Made by a program: the position numbers and the translations under genes
Notes under the pieces: model-generated
Seen by the model: the letters and a program-made list of their open reading frames with translations, nothing else
Told to the model about the DNA's origin: nothing
Database searches by the model: none
Source of the DNA: Mobula hypostoma
Lineage: Eukaryota
DNA: 64,000 bases
Direction: 5' to 3'
Assembly: GCF_963921235.1 (NCBI RefSeq)
Contig: NC_086097.1
Coordinates: forward strand, 176,454,001-176,518,000
In this document: piece after piece, positions 23,835 to 36,969 of the stretch
How positions within the stretch are numbered: position 1 is the stretch's first letter
Layout of the letters: the number at the start of each line of letters is the position of its first letter

Positions 23835-24065
23835 TTATTTTTGTTTAGATTCAGCATGGTAGCAGGCCTATCTGGACTAACAAGCCCTCACTGCCCAATT
23901 ATACCCACGTGACCAATTAACTAACTTTGGAATGTGGGAGGAAACTGGAAGAAACCCAGGCAGTCACAGGGAGAACGTACAACCTTGTTACAGACAGCAG
24001 CAGAATCGGACCCAGCTTAGTGGGGCTGTACTAATATTACACTAACCGCTCCAATTCTCTCCCGT
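23835..24065 (-). mobile_element. tRNA-derived V-SINE (HE1-like)
   Basis: Reverse complement ctgtctgtaacaaggttgtacgttctccctgtgactgcctgggttt..ttcctcccacattccaaag. Confidence 0.7.
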
Positions 24066-24984
24066 GCTCTTTCATTGAAAGGTATATCACAGCCATGTGT
24101 ATCCCAAAATGGTCCTTAAAACCAGGCTTATTGGCAAGATTTTGAGCATCTTATTTCGTATTTCATTATTTCTTGCCATTAATGAGAGCAGTCTGTCCAT
24201 CTGCCTTGCCTCTGCAGAACAGCTTGCTGAAATTCTTTTGATCACGTATTTTACAGGCACTTACTAATCTCTGATTACCCTTACCATTTTTTTTGATGCA
24301 CCATAGAAAGCATCCTATCTGGACATATCACAGGTTGGTACAGCAATTGCTATGCCCGAAACTGCAGTAATTGAGAGTTGTGCACTCAGCCTAGTCCATT
24401 GCAAAAACCAGCCTCATTTTACATACCTCAATGTGCTGCTGTAATGAATTGATCTTTACAGACGGCATGAAGGACTAGTTTTTCACGTACCTCAGTATGC
24501 AATAAACTAATTGACCAATTTCACCAGTTTGGTTCTCCATTGACTCAGTATTGACTTCTTGCAACCTTGGGAAAGCAGCCAACATAATCGACCCCTGACA
24601 CCCTGGTCATTCTCTCTTCTCCCTTCTCCCATCAGGCAGAAAATAGAAAAGCCTGAAGGTATGCACTACCAATTTCAAAAACAGCTTGCACGCACTTTCT
24701 CTTGAACTGAAACTTTCCATTTTGCATTATTTTTTCTACTTCGCTGTACTTGCGTACTGCTTGCTCTGTCTGGAAGGCACCAACAACTTTTCACTGTATC
24801 TCATTAAATGTAACAATAATAAGCTGAACTAATGATACTGTAGAAATGTGACTTAAAATGCTCCTTACAATCTATATCTTTGAAGAAGAGTTTAATCACT
24901 TGCCCTTGCATTTCATTATGTGGTTCTGTGTAGAACACAGTTTGATACAATTCCCGAGCATTGACTTGGGATGATTAATGCATT

Positions 24985-25345
24985 GAAACCAGTGATCAAA
25001 GTGATGACAGTGTTGCTAAACTGCAGATTTGTTCAAAAATTGAAGGTTGAAGGGAAATAACTGTTTTTGAACATATTGGTGTGGGGCTTCAGGATTCTGT
25101 ACAGCCTGCCCGTTGGTAGATGTGAGAAGATAACATGGCCCAGATGGTGGGGATCTTTGATGATGGATGATTCGTTCTTGAATTGAGGTAGTGTCTTCAG
25201 TAGATACTGTACCTCTGATGGTAGGAAGGGATGTGCCCATGGTGCATTGGTCTGAATTCAGTACTCTCTGCAGCTTCTTATGCTCCTGCATATTTGAATT
25301 GCCGTATCCGACCATGATGCAATCAGTCAGGATACTTTCAACAGT
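24985..25345 (-). mobile_element. Rex1-type LINE 3' fragment
   Basis: ORF 25016-25315 YGNSNMQEHKKLQRVLNS..GTSLPTI. Confidence 0.7.
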
Positions 25346-26795
25346 ATTTCAGGATGTATATTGTATACTTTTCTCTGACATTAAATGCACCTTTGAAACC
25401 AGAAATCTTTGAAGCAGTATAACTGTAAAAGCTTTAATACTCTCCAGGTATTCTCAAAGGTTAGCAAATCTCTCCAGAAGATCTTTATCATTATAGTCAC
25501 ATTTCCTTATAGCACAGAAAGACAGCATTTATGCCAGCTTTCAGGGAACATAGAATGGTACAGCACAGGAACAGGCACTTTGGTCCAGTGTCTGCACTGA
25601 AAATGATGCTGAACGAAACCAATTCTCTTCTGCCCGTACACAATCCATATCCCTCCATTGCCTGCATATTCCTATGTCTGACTAACAGTCTCTTAATCTC
25701 CACTATCATATCCACTTCCACCAAGGACCCTCTTAAGTTCTTCATCCATGATTGAAGACCCTCAACATCCGGGATACACTCTCTTCTCATTACTGCTATC
25801 GCAGAGGAGATACTAGAGCCTGAAGATCTACACTCAGTATTTTAGGAATTGCTTCTTTTCCTTTTCCATCAGATGTCTGAACAGTCCATAAACCCATGAA
25901 TACTGCTCACTATTCTGCTTTTGCACTGTCTATCTGTCTGTCTATTTAATGTAAAACCCAATTTTTATGCATTGCACTACACTGCTTCAATAAAACAACA
26001 AACTTCATGACATATGTCAGTGATAATAAACCTGATTCGGATTCTGAGACCAGTCTATTAAGAATAAAAAAAATACCATGCAAATCCTCTTCTATTTAAA
26101 AAGCTCTGAATGAATTTCCTACCACCAGCCTCTCCAGCAGCTTGGGCTATTTCACAATAACTCAGATTACCAGGATTTGTTGTCTTTCTTGCATTACAGT
26201 ACCACTTTTTCTCTAGTTCATTTACTGATTATTTTTAATCTGTGATGCTTGGTTATTGATCCCCACCCCCAGTGGAAATAGCCTCCACTTGCCCAATCCA
26301 TCAAGCTGTCTGTCAGTCAACATCTCCATTCAATCAACCCTTAACATTCCTAATTAAAGTAATATCCCCAAAAATTAATTACAGCAACCTAAAGCTCATT
26401 TTTTCATCCATTATCTGTCACCTAATTTATCACACAGTTTTGCAGTGGTATCCCAATCAGGTTATTTCATTTCTAATTAGTAAGTTCTCAGTATGTTATT
26501 AATGCTTCATCTTGGGGGAAGAATCTTTGATTGCAATTAAATGCCATAAAGGTGAAAGTGTGCAAGTTTTAAGATGATAAGCAGAACAAGTTGCTTATGG
26601 GGAGAATGGTAGTTGCCTGGAACGGGTTGCTGGGATGGTGATGGAAGCAGGTACAATAATGGCATCTCACCGGCTTTTCGATAGGCACATGAATATACAT
26701 GGAATGCAGAAAAATGGATATGCTCAGAACTTTGAAAATTGAACAGTACAGCACAGGAACAGGACCACCACCATGTTTTACTATTTAAACAAGTA

Positions 26796-27670
26796 CAGAT
26801 TGTACAACCCTTATCTGAAATTCCAGAATCTGAAAAACTGAATCCGAAAATGTTTTGAGTGGTGACATGACACCACAAATGGAATATTCCACAAGGTGAT
26901 GCCCAGGTCTCTGCACACCACAGACAGCTCTGAGAAATGACCTCATTTATGTAATGAACAGAAGTTAATGGAAAATTGAAAAACTGCACAAAAATGAAAA
27001 ATGAAGATCTTGATATGTATTAGAAGAGTGGATTCATTAGTATTGGAGTGAGTATATGTTGCTTAACAGTATGCTGATCATGAAACAAGCAAAGATCTAT
27101 CACAATGAAGTGAAAATTGAAGGTAGTTATGATTATTTAGTAGGCTGGTAGCAGAATTTTTTTTTTAATAAATAAATGGTATAGCATTAAATATTAAAAG
27201 ATTTGTGGTGATGAAGTGTCTGCTGATCATGAAACAGCCAAGCAATTCATTGATAAGTTTGCCAAGATCATCACTGATGAAAATCTAACACGCTGAACAG
27301 CTGCATCAGTACCTATGGGTGTTGAACAAGTGTAACCCAAAGGCTGCTTACTGATAGAGCATCAAATTAGAGTCAGGGATGATGGCGAAGCCAAACAGCC
27401 ACTGACTGCCCACCTGCTTAGCCAAGGTAGTGATAGCTTATATTTCTGAAGGTTCAATGTACACATTGTTTCATGCACAAAATTATTAAAAATATTATAT
27501 AAAACTACCTTCAGGGTATATGTATAAGCTGTATATGTAATGGAAACAGATTTTGTGTTTAGACTTGTGTCCATCCACAAGATAGCTCTTCTACATTCCA
27601 AAATCTGAAAAAATCCAAAAGCTGGAACACTTCTGGCCCCAAGTATTTTGGATAAGAGATGCTCAACCTA
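26796..27670 (+). mobile_element. Tigger4/Zombi-like pogo-family DNA transposon, internally deleted
   Basis: TA flanks (26794-26795, 27671-27672); TIRs cagattgtacaacccttatctgaaa / ttttggataagagatgctcaaccta; subterminal aatccgaaa-type repeats; CENP-B-type HTH remnant LIMKQAKIYHNEVKIEG..GW and ADHETAKQFIDKFAKIITDENLT at approx. 27070-27300. Confidence 0.85.
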
Positions 27671-30600
27671 TATTTGGATGTTGAACTAAATAAATCACTT
27701 CTGCCCACACAATGACCCTATTCCTCCTTTCTCTGCTTAATTATGTGTCTAACTAAGAGACTTTTGAAAGGTCTACCTTATTTGCTTTGACCACCACCCA
27801 CCTAAGCATATTCTAGGCAGCCACCACTCTGAGTGAAATATTTGCTCTGCACATTTCCTTCAGATTTATTCATTCTCCCCTTGAATGCATGTCCTCTGCC
27901 TCTGGACATTTTAACCCTGGGAAAAAGATATTGGGCTGTACTCCATCTATGCCTCTCAATCTTATAGATCTCTATCAGATCTCCCCACAGCTTCTGTTGC
28001 TCCAGAGAAAATCATATGACCATAAGAACATAAGATACAGGAGCAGGAGCAGAATTAGCCCATTTGGTCCATTGAGTCTGTTCCGTCATTCCATCATGGC
28101 TGATCCATTTCTTTCTCGGCCCCATTCACCTGCCTTCTCTGCATATCTCTTCATACCCTGACTAATCAAGAATCTATCAACCTCTGCCTTGAATGTACCC
28201 AATGACTTGGCCTCCACAGCCGCATGTGGAAATGAATTCCACAGACTCACCATTCTCTGACCAAAGGAATTCCTCATCTCTGTTCTAAATGAAAAGCCAT
28301 CTATTCTGAAGCTGTATGCTTGGGGCTTAGATTCCCCCACCATAAGAACCATCCCCTCCACATTCACTTTATCGAGACCTTTCAACAGTGAATAGGTTTC
28401 ATTTAGATCCTTCCTCATTCTATTGAATTCCATTGAGCACAGGCCCAGAGCCTTCAAACACTCCCCATATTATAAACCTTTCAATCCCAGAATAATTTTC
28501 ACGAACTTCCTTTGAATCTTCTCTAATATCAACACAACTTTTCTTAGATAAGGGGCCCAAAACTGCTCACAATACTCCAAGTGAAGCCTCATTAGTGCCT
28601 TATAAAGCCTCAGCATTACATCCTTGCTTTTGTATTCTAGTCCTCTCCCAAATAAATGCTAACATTGCATTTGTCTTCCTTACCACAGACTCAACCTGCA
28701 AGTTACCTTTAGGGAATCCGTCACAAGATTCCAAAGTGCCTTTGCACCTCAGATTCTTGAATTTTCTCACCATTTAGAAAATAGGCTATGTTTTTATTTC
28801 TTCCACCAAAGTATATGGACATACACTTCCCCAGCACTATTCCATCTGCCACTTCTTTGCCCATTCTCCTAATTTGTCCAAGTCCTTCTGTGTTCTCTAC
28901 TTCATCAAAACTACCTTCCCCTCCACCTATCTTTGTATTGCCTGCAAAATTTGACCATCATCCAAATCATTGACATATAATGTACAAAGAAGCAGTCCCA
29001 ACACTGATCCCTGTGGAATACTACTAGTCACTGGCAGCCAACTAGAAAAAGTTTCCTTTATTTCCACTCTTTGCCTCCTGCCAATCATCCAATGCTCTAT
29101 CCATGCTAGTACCTTTCCAGTAATGCTATGGGTTCTTACTTGTTAAGCAGCCTTATGTATGGCACCTCAAAAGTCTTCTGAAAATCCAAGTGCACAACAT
29201 CCATCTATTCTCCTTTGTCCATCTTGTTTGCTATTTCTTCAAAAAAAATATCAGATTTGTCAGGCAAGATTTGCCTTTAAATATGCTGACTTCAGCCTAT
29301 TTTATCATGTGCCTCCAAGTACCCCAAAGCCTTATCCTTAACAATCAACTCCAACATCTTCCCAACCACTGAAGTCAGACTAACTACCCTACAATTTCCT
29401 TTCTTCTGCCCTTCTCCATTTTTGAAAAGTGGAGTGATATTTCCAATTTTCCAGGACTCTGGAACCACGCCAGAATCAATTGGTTCTTGAAAAGATCGTT
29501 ACTAATGCCTTTACAATCTCTTCAGCCACCTCTTTCAGAAACCTGAAGTGTAAACCATCTACTCCAGCTAACTTAACTCCCTTCAGACCTTTCAGTTTTC
29601 CAAGTACCTCCTCACTAGTAATGGCAGCTTCACTCACTTCTGCCCCTCACTCTCAAACATCCAGTATACTGCTAGTGTTTTCCACAATGAAGACTGATGC
29701 AAAATACTTATTCATTTCCTTGTTTCCCATTACTACCTCCCCAGTGTCATTTTCCAGTGGTCCAATATCTACTCTCGCCTCCCCTTTACACATCTGAAGA
29801 AAGCTCTTGTATCCTCTTTAATATTATTGGCTAACTTACCTTCGTATTATATCTTTTTCTTCTTTATTACTTTTTAGTTGCCAACTGCTGCTTTTTAAAA
29901 GCTTCCCAAATCCTCTAACTTCCCACTAACTTTTGCTCTATTATGTGCCCCCTCTTTGGCTTTTATGAAGGCTTTGACTTCTCTTGTCAGCCATGGTTGT
30001 GTCATCCTCCCTTTAGAATACTACTTCTTTGGGATGTATCTATCTTGCTCCTTCCTCATTGCTCCCAGAAACTCCAGCTATTGCTACTCTGATGTTATCA
30101 CTGGTAGTGTTTCCTTCCAATCAATTTTGGCCAGCTCCTCTTTCATGCCTCCGTAATTCCCTTACTCCACTGTAATACTGATACATCTGATTTTAACTTC
30201 TCAAATTGCTGAGTGAATTCTTTCATATTATGATCACAGCCCCTTAAGTTCTCAAGCTTTCTAATCAATTCTGGTTCATTCCCCATCAGAGTATCTGATC
30301 TCCCAGTAGACTCGATCATGAGTTGTTCTAAAAGGCCATCTCATAGGTATTCTAGAAATTCCCTCTTGGAATCTAGCAACAACTGGATTTTCCCAATCTA
30401 CCTGCATATTGAAATCTCCCATGACTATCATAACATTGCCATTTTGAATGCATTTTCTATCTCCCATTGTAATTTGTAGACCACATCCTTACTACTATTT
30501 GGAGGTCTGTATATACTGTAACTCCCATCAGGATCTTTTTATCCTTGTAGTTTCTTAGCTCTATCCAAAAACATTGTATATCTTCTGATCCTATTTCACT

Positions 30601-30770
30601 TTTTAATCATTTCATTTCATTTTTTTAACAGAGCCACCCTACCCCCTGTGCCTACCTGTCTGTTCTTTCAATGTAATGTGTATCCTTGGTTAAGCTCTCA
30701 GCTATAATCTTTCAGCCACAAATCTGTGATGCCCACAATGTCATAACATGCCAGTCTGGAACTGTACTAC

Positions 30771-31971
30771 TGTCATGGGGGGGGGGGGGTGTTAATGGCA
30801 GACCCAAATGCAAGACACAGACACTGAAGTACAAGGAACAGGACTTAAGCAGAGTAGGGACGTGACAGGGTACAGACAGGGAGCAGGGACAAGAATGCGG
30901 ACTTGGGCTAGGACATGGACTAGACACAGGGAACCCAGACAAGGAGCTATGAACTAGGAGCCTGGGCTTGGACTCCGAGGTAGAGACCAGACAAGGACTT
31001 AGGACCTGGTTCTTGCATTGGGCTCGGACCCCAGAACCAGGCAAGGATATGACATGGCTACCAGACAGGACGAGGCTGGGGTCTAGAGTCTTGAGTTCTG
31101 AGGCTAGAAGCTGGGATCTTGGAATGCAGAGGCTGATAACTTGGAGGCTGGAGCTCAGAGACAGGCTGGGAACTGTACATCAACATCAAACCAGGACTTA
31201 TCCTTCGAAAAGCCAGGACTCATCTTTAACACAACAACAACATGAGATAGGACAGTACATAGACAGAGCCAGGACTTATACTTAGACCAGCCGGGACTCA
31301 ACTTCTTCTCCACACCAAGGTGGGACAGAACCATCCGTCAGGTAACAGCAGAACAGACAAGACAATACAGGTCCCCCCACAGGGCAACAGCAGAATGGCC
31401 TGACTTACCCCACAGAGGCAAGGCAAGGACAAGGCAAGACAGATCCCCCTGCAGGGCAACAGCAGAATGGCCTGACTTACCCCACAGAGGCAAGGACAAA
31501 AAGAGACAAACATTGAAGAACAACAGACAGTTCCATCTCTGCAAAGGGGTTGCTCCGAGTCACAGTTCAGCCAACAACCTCAACTGGCTACAGAAACAGC
31601 CAGATCCCTACTTAGTTCAGAGTGCCTAGCAACCACTCAGCTGGCCTGGGAAACAACAAAATCCATACAGCAAGGACAGCTCCAACTACTGACAGCAAGG
31701 CTTCATGAGGGGATGGTTCCCCAACGAGGCCTGAAGATGGCAAGTAGCCAATCTAGCCTTCCATTAGTAGGTTGCTCCCCAAGAATTCTGACAATACAAA
31801 CCAGCCACTCACACTCAACCCCAAGGCTACTTATATTCCAAGCCCCAAGATGCGAATCAGGTGCCTATGATTAACTCAATCAAAACAAGGGACAGTTGGA
31901 AGATCCGGAGTCCAGAGTCCATGGACCGGACTGTGAACTGGAATGCAGACTTCACAGATCAGACCATGACA
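30771..31971 (-). mobile_element. Solo LTR (probably Gypsy/Ty3-type), 1201 bp
   Basis: TGTCATGG...CCATGACA inverted termini; exact 5-bp TSD ACTAC (30766-30770, 31972-31976); CR1 continues on both sides; strand inferred only from a TATA-like aatataag on the minus strand near 31830. Confidence 0.88.
31380..31495. repeat. Direct repeat inside the LTR (44 identical bp, 72-bp period)
   Basis: cagggcaacagcagaatggcctgacttaccccacagaggcaagg at 31380-31423 and 31452-31495. Confidence 0.95.
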
Positions 31972-32729
31972 ACTACAGATTCATCTACCTTATTCTGTAT
32001 ATTGCATGCATTCAAATATAACACCTTCAGTCTTGTATTCATCACCCTCTTTGATTTTGTCCCCTGTTACATCACAACTCATCGCATTAACTGCAATCTT
32101 GCCCTATCATCAGCCTCTCCTTGTTAGCAAACTCACTCCACACTGCCTGTGTTTGTGACCAACTACCCCATCTTTGCTCTGATTCCCATCCCACTGCTAA
32201 ATCAGTTTGAAACCCTCCCAAACAGCTCTAGCAAACCTGTCTGCAAGGATGTTGTTCCCCTCGGGTCCAGGTGTAATCCATCCCTTTTATACAGGTCATG
32301 TCTTCGCCAAAGGAGATCTCAACGATCTAGAAATCTGAAGCCCTGTCCCCTGCACCAGTTCCTCAACCACACATTAATCTGCCATACCATCCTGCTCTTA
32401 CCCTCATTGACACACGGCAGAGGCAGCAATCCAGAAATTACTACCTTGGACGTCCTGTTTTTCAGTTTTCTACCCAGCTCCCTAAAATCTCTCTTCAGGG
32501 TCTGCTCTGATTTCCTACCTATGTCATTGGTGCCAATATGTCCTGAGACTTCTGGCTGCTCACCCTCACCCTTTTGAACACCATTAACCCAAACTGTGAC
32601 ATCCCAGACCTCAGCACCTGGAAGGCAACATGCCATCTGAATGTCTCTATTACGTCCACAGAATCTCACCTCTATTCCTCTAACTATGGAATCTCCTATC
32701 ACCACCACAGTCTTATTCACCTCTTCTCT

Positions 32730-33285
32730 TCTGATAGGTGGAGATGGAAGGCAATGGAAGAGGGGAGGAGCACCAGAGGGAGGCAACAGGTGGGCAAGGA
32801 GATAAGGTGAGAGAAGGAAAAGGGACAGGGACTGGTGAAGAAGAGGGTGGGTGCAGTACCTGAAGTTCAAGAAATCGATGTTTATGCCATCAATTTGGGG
32901 GCTACCCAGATGGAATATAAGGTGTTGTTCCTCCAACCTGAGTGTGGTCTCATCACGACAGTAGAGGAGGCCAGGGATTGACATGTTGGAATGGGAATGG
33001 GAAGAGGAATTAAAATGGGTGGCCACTGGGAGAACATCGATCCCCACCTATCAGACTCCCCCTTCTCCAGCCCTCCCAATTTCACCTATAACCTTGAGTT
33101 TCTCTGTCTCCTCCCCCACCTTTCAAATCTACTCTCCATCTTCTTACCTCCAGTCCTGCTGTAGGGTCTCAGCCGGAAACGTCGATTGTACTTTTTTCCT
33201 GTAGACACTGGCGGGCCTGCTGAGTTCCTTCAGCATTTTGTACGTGTTGCTTGGATTTCCAACATCTGCAGATTCTCTCTTGTTT
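32730..33285. mobile_element. Penelope-like element 3' part with 5' inversion (GIY-YIG C-terminus on minus, pLTR on plus)
   Basis: Minus: PVATHFNSSSHSHSNMSIPGL..TLRLEEQHLIFHLGSPQIDGINIDF; plus 33041-33285 pyrimidine-rich UTR and pLTR with a mutated hammerhead at 33151-33188. Confidence 0.88.
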
Positions 33286-33879
33286 CTGAAGAGCTGATTG
33301 TTGACTTCAGGAAGGAGAAGGAGGCCGAACGTGTACCATTCTACATTGGGAGATTGGTGGAAGGGAGTCAGCAACTTTAAATTCCTGAGCATGAATATAT
33401 CGAATGATCTGTCCTGGGCCAGCACATACATGCAATCACAAGGACTTTTTACTGTTCTAACTGGGTTATTTCTTGTGCAAATTTATGCTTAACTTATATT
33501 TTTCTTGAGAATTCTCTTATATGATACTGCAAACCTGTGATGCTGCTGTAAGTTTCTCATTGCACTCCTGCATATGACAATAAAGTTGACTTTGACTTTG
33601 AAGGACATATAGTCTCAAGGAGAATGTAGAAAACTCCACAGAGACAGCATTGAGGTCAGGAATAAACTTTCATCTCTGGCACCTTGGGAAGCAACTCTCC
33701 TACTTGCTCCAGTCCTCAGTATTTTATCCTCTTGATGATGAGCCTTATCAAAAAGGCCTGTGTCAATGTGTTGGTGATTTTTCCTCAATAATACAGGTTA
33801 TATTACAGCTGGCAGCCAAACCATATTCCTGTCATGTCAACTAATGTTATATCCTAGATATAATAAAACACTGACTTTT

Positions 33880-34655
33880 ACAGATGGCAGCTGTTGTTGG
33901 TAAAATCTCAGGTGGCAGTGAAGACAAGCACAGGAGTGAGATAGTTCCGCTGGTTGAATGGTGGCCCAACAGTACCTTCACACGCAACATTAACAAGACC
34001 AAGGAATTGACTGTGAACTCAGGAAGGGGAAGCTGGGGGAACACACACCTATCCTCACTGAGTGGTCAGTGATGGAAATGGTGAGCAGTTTCAAGTTCTC
34101 AGAGGATCTATCCTGGGCCCAATATATTGATGCAATCATGAAGAAGGCATGCCAGTGGCTCTGTTTGTTAGGAGTTTGTGTGCTATGCCACCAAAGATAC
34201 TTGTAAATTTCTACAGATGTATGGTGGAGGGCATTCTAACTGGTATTATCACAGTCTGGTGTGGAGACTCCAACACACAGGATCACAAGAGGCTGTAGAG
34301 TCGGCCAGCTCCATCTCAGCACAACCCTCCCCACCATCAGGGAAAACTTCAAGAGGCGGTTCCTCCAGAAGGCAGGATCATCATTAAGGACCCTCACCAT
34401 CCAGGACATGCTCTTGTCTTGTTACTGCCACCAGGATCCTGAAAACCCACATTCTATTATTTCAGAACAGCTTTTTTTCCCCTCCCCATAATATCTCCAT
34501 ATGGTCCATGACCCCATGAACACAACCTTGTTATTCCTTTTTCTCTGCATGGTTTACTAATTTTGTACTAAAAATAATTTTATATCTTTGTTGCAAAACA
34601 ACAAATTTCATCTCAAATAAGTTAGTGATAGTAAATCATGTTGTGATTCTGATAG
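33880..34655 (+). mobile_element. Rex1-type LINE 3' portion
   Basis: VVGKISGG.E..HRSEI..LVEW..NINKTKELTV; downstream decayed C-terminus and tail. Confidence 0.75.
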
Positions 34656-35089
34656 TGTCAATGAACGGTCTGATATTTCGAGGAAGGTTGTACTTTCTTT
34701 TGATTGATGTTAATTTTGTAAAAAAGATACTCTGGAGCATATTATCATTTTATCATTGTGATAAAATATCTACAATGGAATTCTCACTTTAATGAAAGCA
34801 TAATTATCTTGAGGACAATACTAAGCTCAAGAAATTATATAGTCATTTTAAGAGAAAATTTATCCTATTCCCAAGCAAATTAATATAGTCTGATAGAACA
34901 GAGAGTAAAAGCAAAGAAGGTAAACCAAGAACTGAGAGAATGAATTGGCCTGATTTATATATACAGTATATTTGTCCAGGCCATTGTTCACTTCATGTAC
35001 ATTCAACTCCAAAAGACTGGCAGGTGGTATACATGGACATAGTTAGCCACATCATCTAAAGATTTACATTTCCCTCAGAGTCACTGACT

Positions 35090-35653
35090 TACTCAGCCCA
35101 ATACACCACAGTGCATCCCTCCCCTTCATTGGTAGATTCTAAAGGAGGCACTGCCTCAAGAAGACAACCTCCACGATCAAAGATTTCCACCATCGGACCC
35201 TGCATCATCTCATGGCTACCATCTGATATAGCAATCTAAAGTCGCACACCACCACAGCAGCTTCCCTTCAACCATACGGTTCTTGAACCAACCTGCGTAA
35301 CACAAATCACTACCTCAGTATATCAACTACTACTACTGCGCCAACTCAGGCCTAGGGGGCCGGCGTCGGGCACGATGATGGACTCTCCACTTCTCCCTCT
35401 CCCTCATCAGTGTGTTCAGTTCAGTATATCAACACTATAACCAATTTGATCACTTTATGCTACAATGGACATTTTTGTCCTAATTGTGTTCTTTCTTCTA
35501 ATAATTGTGTGTAATTTATGCTTAATGTATGTTTTTCTTGTGATTGCTGCTTATCTGATGCTATGTGCTTTGATACTGAAGTACAGTAGGGTTTTCATTA
35601 CACCTCTGCATTCATGTACTTGTGCATATAATAACAAACTGAACTTGACTTGA
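35090..35653 (+). mobile_element. Rex1-type LINE 3' fragment (host of the RTE insertion)
   Basis: CLKKTTSTIKDFHH-like remnant and family 3' UTR ending aacttgacttga. Confidence 0.6.
35328..35420 (-). mobile_element. 93-bp 3' end of an RTE-type LINE with (TAG)n tail
   Basis: 13-bp TSD tcagtatatcaac (35315-35327, 35421-35433); minus strand encodes LNTLMREREKWRVHHRARRRPPRPELAQ* then tagtagtag; CpG-rich. Confidence 0.75.
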
Positions 35654-35814
35654 CTGGTGGGGCTGTACTTAGATTGCACAAAGCTCTGATGAGGAGGCAC
35701 ACATCTGGTCTCCCTTCCTATGGAAGGATGCACTTGTAATAGTTGGAGTGCACTAATGCTTCACCTGAATTATTCTTGGGATAGGGGTTGGGGTAGTTTA
35801 CACAGCCTGGGCCT

Positions 35815-36540
35815 TTGAACATAACAGCACAGCACCAGAAAAGGCCCTTCGGCCCAGGATGTCTGTATTGACCATGATATCAAATTAAGCTCAACTCAGT
35901 TGCCTAAGCATTATCCATATCCCTCCATTCCCTACATGGTCAAGTGTCTGTCTGACAGCCTCTTAAACTCCTCTATTGTATCTGCTTCTCCACCAACCCT
36001 GGCAGCCCATTTTCAGGTACCCACTAACTTTTTTGGAAAAAAAACTTGCCCAACATACCTCCCCTACCAATGTAAAGCTTTGCCCTCTGGTATTTAACAT
36101 TTTAAACCTGGGAGAAAACTTCTGACTGTCTAACCTAGCTATGCCTTTCATAATTTTATAGACTCTATCAGCCTATGATACTCCAGAGAAAATAATCCAA
36201 GTTTGTCCATCCTCTCCTGAGAACTCACCCCCTCTAATCCAGGTCTCACCTTGGTAAACCTCTTCTGTATATCGTCTACAGTCCTCATTTCCATCCTGTA
36301 ATGAGGTGACTATAACTGCACATAATACTGTAAGCACAGGCAAGTTTTATACAACTGCTACATGACTTCCTGATTCTTATAGTCTATTCCCCTAACAATA
36401 AGGGTAAGTATACCATACATCACCCTATCCATTTGTGCTTCCACTTTCAGGGACCTCTGGACTTGGACCCTAAGATCCCACTGTACATCAATAGTGTTGA
36501 GTGACTGTCCACTTAGAACACTTTCTCCTTACACTTGCTC
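35815..36540 (-). mobile_element. Old CR1 3' fragment
   Basis: ORF 35963-36151 MKGIARLDSQKFSPRFKMLNTRGQSF; CR1 tail. Confidence 0.75.
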
Positions 36541-36969
36541 GATTTAATCAGCAGGGCTGTGGGGTAAGAGCAGAGGAACTGAATGAATGTCTCCACTGTA
36601 AGCTGACGTTAATTTGATAGGCAGAACGGGCTCCTGTTTTGTTAAAAGTATTTTCTGATTCACCGTTCTTCAGAAGACTACACTTTTCATCATTGATATT
36701 TAATCTTGAGGTTAGTGCTTGGGAATGAATTGGTTCACAGGGAGCAGCCTATTGTTATTCAAATGCTCAATTAAAATGTCAGACAAGGAAAATCCTTTGC
36801 TAAGCGTGTGTGCTGGGAGGAATCACCATTTCTTAAGCTCAGAAGGAAGTCTTTGTGTTTGTTGGTTTAGCTGTGGTTCAGCGAACAGCTCTCTCACAGT
36901 TTGACAGGATATCAAGGCTCACTCTTGAGACAAGAGTACAACTGTAGTTGAGTGTGTACTGTGCTGCAC

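Larger units (their letters stand above)
28013..32725 (-). mobile_element. Near-full-length old CR1 LINE (ORF1 esterase to 3' tail), split by a solo LTR
   Basis: VVIGDSIVRG..CCLPGA..HIGTNDIG..VVISGLLP (SGNH esterase, 32319-32725); IVMGDFNMQVDW (30276-30467); C-terminus 28086-28457 and tail. Confidence 0.88.

Noticed and set aside
31380..31495. CRISPR-like repeat-spacer-repeat
   Set aside because: Only two units, inside a eukaryotic LTR, and no cas genes
30712..31544. ORFs within the LTR
   Set aside because: Low-complexity translations of repetitive LTR sequence; no gag or pol motifs
32319..33047. 242-aa ORF fusing a GIY-YIG C-terminus to an SGNH esterase
   Set aside because: Chance in-frame junction of an inverted Penelope fragment and a decayed CR1 ORF1; both domains are partial and the linker is Penelope UTR
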